Assembly (NCBI RefSeq): GCF_006345805.1
Contig: NW_021824446.1
Location: 1 to 18,774, forward strand
Source: Octopus sinensis
Taxonomy: Eukaryota
Length of the DNA: 18,774 bases
Direction: 5' to 3'
This document shows, piece by piece, positions 9,902-18,774 of the stretch. The notes below the pieces were generated by a model that saw only the letters and a program-made list of their open reading frames with translations, did no database searches and had not been told where the DNA came from. Position 1 is the stretch's first letter, and each line of letters opens with the position of its first letter. Both the position numbers and the translations under genes were made by a program.

Positions 9902-10612
9902 TCACTCAAAGTCTAAGAACTCTTCGTCGTCAGACCTCGTGGGGTTGATCGTCTGCCAGTTCATCCTCGTCATCGCTGGAGTCAGAAGAGTCGGTAGAGA
10001 GAGCTTCGCCTTCCCATAACATGTCATCTTCTTCCCGTCGAGCGCATTGGAGATGCAGCACTTCAGGAAAGCCCATTTTTCTGGAATCTCCTCCACTAGC
10101 AGATCGTCTGGAATTTCCTCCACTAGCAGGATCCATTTGCAGATCGTCCCCAAGTCTTTCTTCGTATGCCCGGTCGTTGGCCATCCAATCCTCCCAGCGG
10201 TGTTTCAGACGGTCCTTATACGGTTCGCTGATCGCAACATCAAGGGGTTGAAGAAAGGATGTTATTCCCCGGTAATCATTGTCACGTCGATGTTCAGACG
10301 ACGTATCTTCACCTTGGTTTCTTCTGACTTGTGGCATCTGAATGCATCCAGGACCAGGAGACTCCTTCTCTGATGCAGTCCACTGATGCGCCGAACCCAC
10401 ACTACAAGAAACCAGTCCTCGATGAGTGCCTCGCCTATCCAAGCTTTCGCGTAGGCTTCAACAATGATCCCCTTCCTGAAACTTGGCGTCTTTGGATAGT
10501 ATCTTCCTCTTAAAAATGACCTACGGTAGCAGCTTTCCCCTATCAGCCGTGCAAGCCAGGATCATCGTAAACCGACTTTCTAGTGGCCCTTCGTAACGAT
10601 TTCTATTGTCAG
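9902..10612 (-). mobile_element. pogo-superfamily DD35D (Passer/POGK-like) transposase pseudogene, C-terminal half
   Basis: Reconstructed across frameshifts and stops: KGH.K.RFTMILACTADRGKLLP.VIFKRK..AWIGEALIEDW..SLLVLDAFRCH..GGITSFLQPLDVAISEPYK..KCCISNALDG..acidic tail, TGA at 9902. There are 35 residues between the second and third catalytic D. No TIRs seen; 27-bp internal tandem duplication at 10080-10129. Confidence 0.88.
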
Positions 10613-10644
10613 AAATAGTTCTTTCTCAGAAATAGTTCTTTCTA

Positions 10645-10850
10645 CTACGGCTGCCAGCTGGCAGAAACGTTAGGACACCAGGCAAAAGTGCTTAGCGGCA
10701 TTTCGTCCGTCTCAAAGTTCTGCCTTCAAATACCGCCAGGGTCAACGTTGCTCTTCATCCTTTCGAGGATGATACATTAAGTACCAGTCAAGTTGTGGCG
10801 TCGAAGTAATCGAAGGACCCATGCCCCCAAAATTTCAGGTCTTGTGCCTA
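10645..10850 (+). mobile_element. Octopus tRNA-derived SINE family 2
   Basis: GCTGGCAGAAACGTTAG..TGCTTAGCGGCATTTCGTCCGT..TTCAAATACCGCC..TTAAGTACCAG..CCCCAAAATTTCAGGTCTTGTGCC, recognised from memory as an abundant Octopus SINE. Family name not verifiable here. Confidence 0.75.
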
Positions 10851-10867
10851 TTGTTATTGCTTTCAAG

Positions 10868-11070
10868 ATTTGGCACTAGTCAAGAAATTTGGGGCAGTGG
10901 TTAATTCTACTACATCGATCTCATTATTGAACTGGTACTTAATTTGGTGACACCCAAAACAATGAAAGGCATATTCAACCTAGGCGGAATTTCAAGACAG
11001 AACTCTGAAACGGACAAAATGCCGCTAAGCATTTTTCTAGGCGTCCAAACATTTCGTCAGCTCGACGGTT
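10868..11070 (-). mobile_element. SINE family 2, inverted copy
   Basis: Reverse complement aligns to 10645-10850 (shared TGCTTAGCGGCATTT, TTAAGTACCAGT, CCCCAAATTTC). Confidence 0.75.
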
Positions 11071-11110
11071 GAAGGCAAACAAGATCGGAAATCGAGTTTC
11101 TAATTGGCTA

Positions 11111-11318
11111 AAATATCTGAAATTTAATTGCTTGAAATTCTTAGAAAATGTAAACTAGATTTTCATCTTGAGCATGCAAAACTGCACGAGTATTTCAGAT
11201 TCTGATTGGCCGTTTTACTTTTGAAAAGGGATTTAGACAAAAAAAATGAAAAGAGATTGGTTGAGAAACATGCAACTTTGTTGCCATGGAAATAGACAGA
11301 ATGACGCTATTAAAACTT
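11111..11318 (+). repeat. Locally duplicated block X (second copy 12799-12941 with two deletions)
   Basis: AAATATCTGA..TTGCTTGAAATTCTTAGAAAAT..TTCTGATTGGCC..GTTGCCATGGAAATAGAC..AAACTT in both copies. Confidence 0.9.
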
Positions 11319-11333
11319 CTGTATATATGTATG

Positions 11334-11364
<31 letters not shown>

Positions 11365-11366
<2 letters not shown>

Positions 11367-11610
11367 TGTCAAGCAATGCTAGGGTGACAAACACAGACAC
11401 ACAAACATATACACACATACATATATATATATATATAAATATATACGACAGGCTTCTTTCAGTTTCCGTCTACCAAATCCACTCACAAGGCTTTGGTCGA
11501 CCCGGGGCTATAGCAGAAGACACTTGCCCAAGATGCCACGCAGTGGGACTGAACCCGGAACCATGTGGTTGTTAAGCAAACTACTTACCACACAGCCACT
11601 CCTGCGCCTG
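11365..11610 (-). mobile_element. SINE family 1, 3' tail missing
   Basis: Head CAGGCGCAGGAGTGGCTGTGTGG (A box) and GGTTCAGTCCC (B box) on the minus strand. Confidence 0.92.
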
Positions 11611-12254
11611 TATGTATGTATGTATGTATGTGTGCATGTATGTACGTATGTGTGTATGTGTGTATGTATGTATGTGTTTGTGTGTATGTGTGTACGTATG
11701 TGTGTATGTATGTATGTATGTATGTATGTATGTATATATGTATGTATGTGTGTATGTATGTATGCATGTGTGTTTGTATGTATGTATGCATGTGTGTATG
11801 TATGTATGTATGTATGTATGTATGTATGTATGTATGTATGTATGTATGTATGTATGTATGTATGTTTGTATGTATGTATGTATGTATGTATGTATGTATG
11901 TATATATGTACGTATGTATGTATGTGTGTATATCTGTATGTATGTGTGTATGTATGCATGTGTGTGTATGTATGTATGTACGTATGTGTGTATGTGTGAA
12001 AGCATGTATGTGTGCATGCATGTATGTATATCTGTATGTATGAATGTACGTATGTGTGTAGGTGTGTATGTATGTATGTATTAATGTATGTGTGTATATC
12101 CGAATGTATGTATGTATGTATATCTATATGAATGTATGTATGAATGTATGTCTGTATATCTTTTTGTGTGTATGTATGTGTCTAAGTATGTACGTATATC
12201 TGTATGTATGTATGTATGTATATCTATATGTATGTATGTATGTATGTATTTATA
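11611..12254 (+). repeat. Interrupted (TATG)n microsatellite
   Basis: Seen directly. Confidence 0.95.
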
Positions 12255-12478
12255 CTCTTACTCTTTACTCATTTAATTGTTTCAGTCATTTGACTGCGGC
12301 CATGCTAGAGCACCACCTTTAGTCGAGCAAATAGACCCAGTGAGTTATTCTTTGTAAGCCCAGTACTTATTCTATCGGTATCTGTTGCCGAACCGCTAAG
12401 TGAGGGGTATGTAAACACACCAGCATCGGTTGTCAAGCAATGCTAGGGTGACAAACACAGACACACAAACATATACAC

Positions 12479-12509
<31 letters not shown>

Positions 12510-12687
12510 ATATACATATATACGACAGGCTTCTTTCAGTTTCCGTCTACCAAATCCACTCACAAGGTTTTGGTCGACCCGGGGCTATAGCAGAAGACAC
12601 TTGCCCAAGATGCCACGCAGTGGGACTGAACCTGGGACCATGTGGTTGTTAAGCAAACTACTTACCACACAGCCACTCCTGCGCCTG
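12255..12687 (-). mobile_element. SINE family 1, full length
   Basis: Tail, internal microsatellite, CORE-like segment and A/B-box head all present. Confidence 0.93.
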
Positions 12688-13268
12688 TATGTATGTATGT
12701 GTGTATGTATGTATGTATGTGTTTATGTATGTATGTATGTATGTATGTATGTATGTATGTATGAACTAAAGCCAGCTGGGAATGAAGTAGGGATATTTAA
12801 ATATCTGATATTTACTTGCTTGAAATTCTTAGAAAATATAAACTAGATTTTCATCATTAGCATTTCAGGTTCTGATTGGCCATTTTACTTTAGAAACAGG
12901 ATGTTGCCATGGAAATAGACTGAATGACGCAATTGAAACTTGCTGAATTTTATCTAAACTGGGTAACACCCACACATACCTAGACATACACACTATAGCA
13001 CACACATACATAAACCCATCAACATACAAACTACAACATACACACGCATATATCTAACTACAACATACACACATGGCACGCCAGAATGTTTATAGAAATC
13101 CACTTATCTGGTTACATGAGAATAATTTGCTTTTCTGTGTGTCGTTAGGGTGGGGGTTATTCAGGGTGCTGTATTCCTCAAATGCATGACTTGACCCACT
13201 TCTCACTTGCCAATTAAATTTATTCAGAATTACAAGTAGATTTCTCAGAATAAGCTTGTTTTTGTTTT

Positions 13269-13773
13269 ATGTAGGTATGTAATGTATGTATGTACATCTG
13301 TATGTATGTATGTATGTATGTATGTATATCTTTATGTATGTATGTACGTATGTGTGTATGTGCGTATGTGTGTATGTATGTATGTATGTATGTATGTGTA
13401 TATATGTATATCTGTATGTATAACTGTATGTATGTATGTATGTATGTATGTATGTATGTATGTATATCTTTATGTATGTATTACGTATGTGTGTATGTGC
13501 GTATGTGTGTATGTATGTATGTATGTATGTGTATCTATGTGTATGTATGTATATCTGTATGTATGTATAACTGTATGTATGTATAACTGTATATATGTAT
13601 GTATGTATGTAAGTATGTATGTACGTACATCTGTATGTGCGTATGCACATCTGTATGTATGTGTGTATGTATGTATATGTGTATCTGTATGTATGTATGT
13701 GTGTATGTATGTATGTATATCTGCATGTATGTATATCTATATATATCTATATGTATATATGTATGTATGTATA
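13269..13773 (+). repeat. Interrupted (TATG)n with 138-bp higher-order duplication
   Basis: GTATATCTTTATGTATG..GTGCGTATG starts at 13324 and 13462. Confidence 0.9.
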
Positions 13774-13993
13774 CTCTTCCTCTTTACTATTTTACTGGTT
13801 TCAGTCGCTTGACTGCGGCCATGCTGGAGCACCGCCTTTAGTCGAGCAAATCGACCCCGGGAGTTATTCTTTGTAAGCCCAGTACTGATTCTATCGGTCT
13901 CTGTTGCTGGACCGCTAAGTGACGGCTATGTAAACACACCAGCATCGGTTGTCAAGCAATGCTAGGTGGACAAACACAGACACACAAATATAT

Positions 13994-14068
<75 letters not shown>

Positions 14069-14235
14069 TACAACAGGCTTCTTTCAGTTTCCGTCTACCA
14101 AATCCACTCACAAGGCTTCGGTCGGCCCGAGGCTATAGCAGAAGACACTTGCCCAAGATGCCACGCAGTGGGACTGAACCCGGAACCAAGTGGTTTTTAA
14201 GCAAACTGCTTCCCACACAGCCACTCCTGCGCCTG
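13774..14235 (-). mobile_element. SINE family 1, full length
   Basis: Same architecture as 12255-12687, with a longer internal (TA)n. Confidence 0.93.
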
Positions 14236-14285
14236 TATGTATGTATGTATGTATGTATGTATGTATGTATGTGTGTATGTATGTG

Positions 14286-14933
14286 TGTATGTATGTATGT
14301 ATGGGTGTATGTATGTACTAAAGCCAGCTGCGAATGAAGTAAGGATATTTCCAGAGAAGCACTCAACCCGAATACTGCCGGCATCAAATACTCTTCTACG
14401 AATTGTTCTTTGGTTAGGAACCTTGTCTTCTTGCGTTCAACCAGCTTGAATAGCTTCGGAAGACTTTCTAGTAAACTGTCTACAATGATAGCGTCATCCA
14501 TTCGCTTGGTAGAGATTTGGGGGCGATCTGTACGCATATCAAATCCATATTTTAAATGGGTTTCGAGTTGTTTATTGACTTTGAAACAGTTCTCTGTGTC
14601 AGTTTTAATCTTTCACCAATTTGTCGAGTGCTGCATACTTCGTACAGAATATTTATTTCAGCATTAGTTCACGACGAAAATCTTTGACTAGCTATTCTTT
14701 ACAACGACAGGAAGATGACTAACAAGAAGGAAGAATATGTGTTAGTGACAACCTATCAGAGATTGGATCGGTCAATCAGAAAACTTCAACAGATCAAGGC
14801 TCAAGCAGAAATCACGATCATACTGACTGATAAAAGAGATTTGAAGCATCGACTAATGATTAGATATAGCATCATTTGGGTGGATTGTTGTTTATAAGTC
14901 CGTGAGTCGTCCATTCCGGCCATATATATATAT

Positions 14934-14988
<55 letters not shown>

Positions 14989-15310
14989 CGTGCAGTTAGT
15001 GTTTATACCTTGTTCAGAGATTTATTGTTGCTTATATACACTTTTTAAAAATCAGTGATGAAATGTTACTGGAAATGTGTGTGTGTATGACTTGTGTATG
15101 TCTTGTGTATGTCTTGGTAAAAAGTGAGAGAAAGCGAAATCCCGAGACAATAAGGGATAGCTGGCATTTCTTAAATACAACAGAATGTTGGCTAATTAAG
15201 GCACACACAGGATTCTCTGTGTATTCGGGTTGAGTGCTTCTCTGGAAATATCCCTACTTCATTCGCAGCTGGCTTTAGTACATACATACACCCATACATA
15301 CATACATACA
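14286..15310. repeat. 90-bp inverted repeat pair (14286-14375 / 15221-15310), 89/90 identical
   Basis: Checked base by base; the single mismatch is GTAAGG vs GTAGGG. Confidence 0.95.
14376..14921 (-). mobile_element. Tc1-like transposon 5' portion (N-terminal HTH domains of transposase, disrupted)
   Basis: Three frames give TNAEINILYEVCSTRQIGERLKLTQRTVSKSIN, then KYGFDMRTDRPQISTKRMDDAII (GRP-like motif), then RKSSEAIQAG*..QRTIRRRVFDAG. The non-coding leader runs to a (TA)n tract at 14922, consistent with a TA target. Confidence 0.75.
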
Positions 15311-15647
15311 ACATCATCGTGTCATTACATGAATTATTAATTAATATTAATATTGTCCGTTCATTAAAGATTTTCCAGTATTATGCAAATTTTATTCTAG
15401 TTAATATATATTTCAATTGTTAAAAGGCAAATTTACAGCAGTTACACCGTGGTGAGAATTCTCCCTTCACCTAAAAGTATATAAAAACACCATCTCTGTC
15501 CAGTGCCAGGATCAGAGACGTTGATGTTTCTAGCACTTTCGCTTTTGAGATGGCGGCACTGGACACATATGTTGTTTTAATACCTTTTCACCTTGTCGAT
15601 CAACAGTGGATATATATCAGAAACATATTTCAACTAACCTAGATACA

Positions 15648-15649
<2 letters not shown>

Positions 15650-15691
<42 letters not shown>

Positions 15692-15709
15692 CTGTGTAAT
15701 ATATATGTC

Positions 15710-15769
<60 letters not shown>

Positions 15770-15772
15770 TAC

Positions 15773-15806
<34 letters not shown>

Positions 15807-15845
15807 GTGTCTGTGTGTGTGTGTGTGGTGTGTAATATATATGTG

Positions 15846-15898
<53 letters not shown>

Positions 15899-15932
15899 CT
15901 GTGTGTGTGTGTGTGTGTGTAATATATATGTG

Positions 15933-15980
<48 letters not shown>
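15650..15980 (+). repeat. (TA)n/(TG)n compound microsatellite with three similar higher-order units
   Basis: TGTGT..GTAATATATATGT(C/G)TATGT recurs near 15682, 15803 and 15886. Confidence 0.9.
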
Positions 15981-15982
<2 letters not shown>

Positions 15983-15983
15983 T

Positions 15984-16151
15984 ATGCCAGGGAAAGTACC
16001 ACTGATGCTATATTCCTGGTAAGGCATCAGCAGGAGAAACACCTACCAAAGATAAGCCCCTGTACCTGGCTTTTGTTGACATGGAGAAAGCTTTCGACAG
16101 GGTCCCCCGATCCCTTATCTGGTGGTCAATGAGGACACTAAGGATAGATGA

Positions 16152-16160
<9 letters not shown>
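15984..16160 (+). mobile_element. RTE-clade LINE reverse transcriptase fragment
   Basis: With two frameshifts: [50 protein letters not shown], matching RTE RT motifs. Confidence 0.85.
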
Positions 16161-17494
<1,334 letters not shown>

Positions 17495-17587
17495 GTATGT
17501 ATGTATGTATGTATGTATGAATGTATGAATGTATGTTTGTATGTATGTATGTATGTATGTATGTTCGTATGTATGAATGTTTGTATG

Positions 17588-18774
17588 TTTCGATATGCTG
17601 TATGTCTTTGAGAAGATAAGGAGAAGAGGCTTGAATCCCGTACTCCAATATGGGTCTCACCAGCATGACATAGAGCGGTAGGAATATGGCTGCTGTGAGC
17701 ATTCCGAATGACCATCGAATCAAGAACAGAACTCCGCGTGCTTTGTTGGTAGCATGGACGCACTGGGCCGAAGGCAAAAAGGAGGGATCCACTAAGATAC
17801 CCAGGTCCTTTACCTGATCGGTCCTCTCCAGCAGCAGACGACCCGGTTCGACATCAAGTTGAGTTGCAGGAGGAGAGCCAACAGGCAGATGACAGCACTT
17901 TGACACGTTCAGACACAGGTCCCATTCGTTAGACCATCTCCAAATTTGGTGGAGGCATCGACGAAGATCCTCTATATCACCGCGAGGAGCGACCAGTTTG
18001 ACATCGTCGGCAAATAGAAGGGCAAATCATTTATGAAGACTAAGAACAATAACGGCCCAAGCACTGAACCTTGAGGCACGCCACTGCTTGCACTGGAGAC
18101 GTCGGACCGCGAACCATTAACTTGGACTTGGAAGGAGCGATCTGAGAGGAAGGCACCAACCCATCGTACAATATCCGGATGGAAACTATATGCTTGAAGC
18201 TTGACAAGTAATAGGCGGTGGTTTACCGAGTCAAAAGCTTTGGCAAAGTCCAATAAAACGATGTCAACAGCATCACTATCATCGAGGATGCGCGTCACCA
18301 ATTCTTCCATTACCAGTAAGCTGGTCAAGCATGATCTTTTCGGCACGAAGCCGTGTTGGGAATCAGTGATCGAGGCTGTGTTTAGGAGGTGGAGCATCAT
18401 ACTTTTCTTAAGGATGGTTTCGAACATCTTGCTGATTATTGATGTAAGAGAAACCGGTCTGTAGTTAAGCGGGTCTTCGCGGCTCCCTTTTTTGAAAATT
18501 GGGCAGATTATCGCTGTTCTCCAGTCCGCAGGTATAACACCCGTCGCCAATGACATATTGAATAGACGTGTTAAGGGCTCGCAGATGACCAGAGCCAACG
18601 CTTTGATAACCCTGTGGTGTATGCTGTCAGTGCCGTGACCCTTGTTGACATCGAGGGCTTGAATAACGCGTTCGACTTTGTCCCGCGTGATGACCAATCA
18701 AAGCATTGGAGGTACTGATCTATCAAATGGAGGGGGTTCAAAACCATCATCTTGTTTGAAAATAGTTGAAAAAG
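17588..18774 (-). mobile_element. Second copy of the CR1 RT segment (equals 8603-9785), lacking its 3' end and running off the window
   Basis: The 241-aa ORF differs at 4 residues from 8983-9708 and shares the same TGA and the same deletion before FADD. Confidence 0.95.

Noticed and set aside
12600-12687. SINE heads as tRNA genes
   Set aside because: A and B boxes are present but there is no complete cloverleaf, and they continue into SINE body sequence.
11365-14235. Repeat-spacer pattern as a CRISPR-like array
   Set aside because: The repeats are 250-460 bp SINEs, the spacers are microsatellites, the context is eukaryotic and there are no cas genes.
14133-14537. 134-aa ORF as a host gene
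   Set aside because: It is a chimera of one Tc1 frame, out-of-frame Tc1 sequence, the inverted-repeat arm, microsatellite and SINE.
15490-15565. HDV-like ribozyme interpretation of the crossed repeats
   Set aside because: Spacing does not fit: there is no room for P1.1, P4 and J4/2 between the P1 and P2 3' strands.

Overview
AT-rich eukaryotic non-coding DNA, most likely from an octopus: the two tRNA-derived SINE families and the dense (TATG)n/(TA)n/(TG)n microsatellites match what I recall of Octopus repeats. I find no intact protein-coding gene, and most long ORFs in the track are microsatellite translations. The window is a mosaic of decayed mobile elements: two Penelope-like LTR remnants (one with a canonical type I hammerhead ribozyme core at 7678-7766, minus strand), a 5'-truncated CR1 LINE (8141-9900) directly abutting a DD35D pogo transposase fragment (9902-10612), a Tc1-like transposase N-terminus bracketed by a 90-bp near-perfect inverted repeat, an RTE RT fragment, and about a dozen SINE copies or fragments. 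Rearrangements are layered on top. 16152-18774 duplicates 2061-3320 joined to 8603-9785, skipping about 5.3 kb at a microsatellite junction, with an abrupt change in divergence inside a SINE. 11110-14375 is a locally amplified SINE/microsatellite array. I cannot confirm a wholly new system. The best leads are the hammerhead, the pogo-CR1 chimera, the CpG-rich hairpin module at 2022-2184 and the inverted-repeat cassette at 14286-15310.
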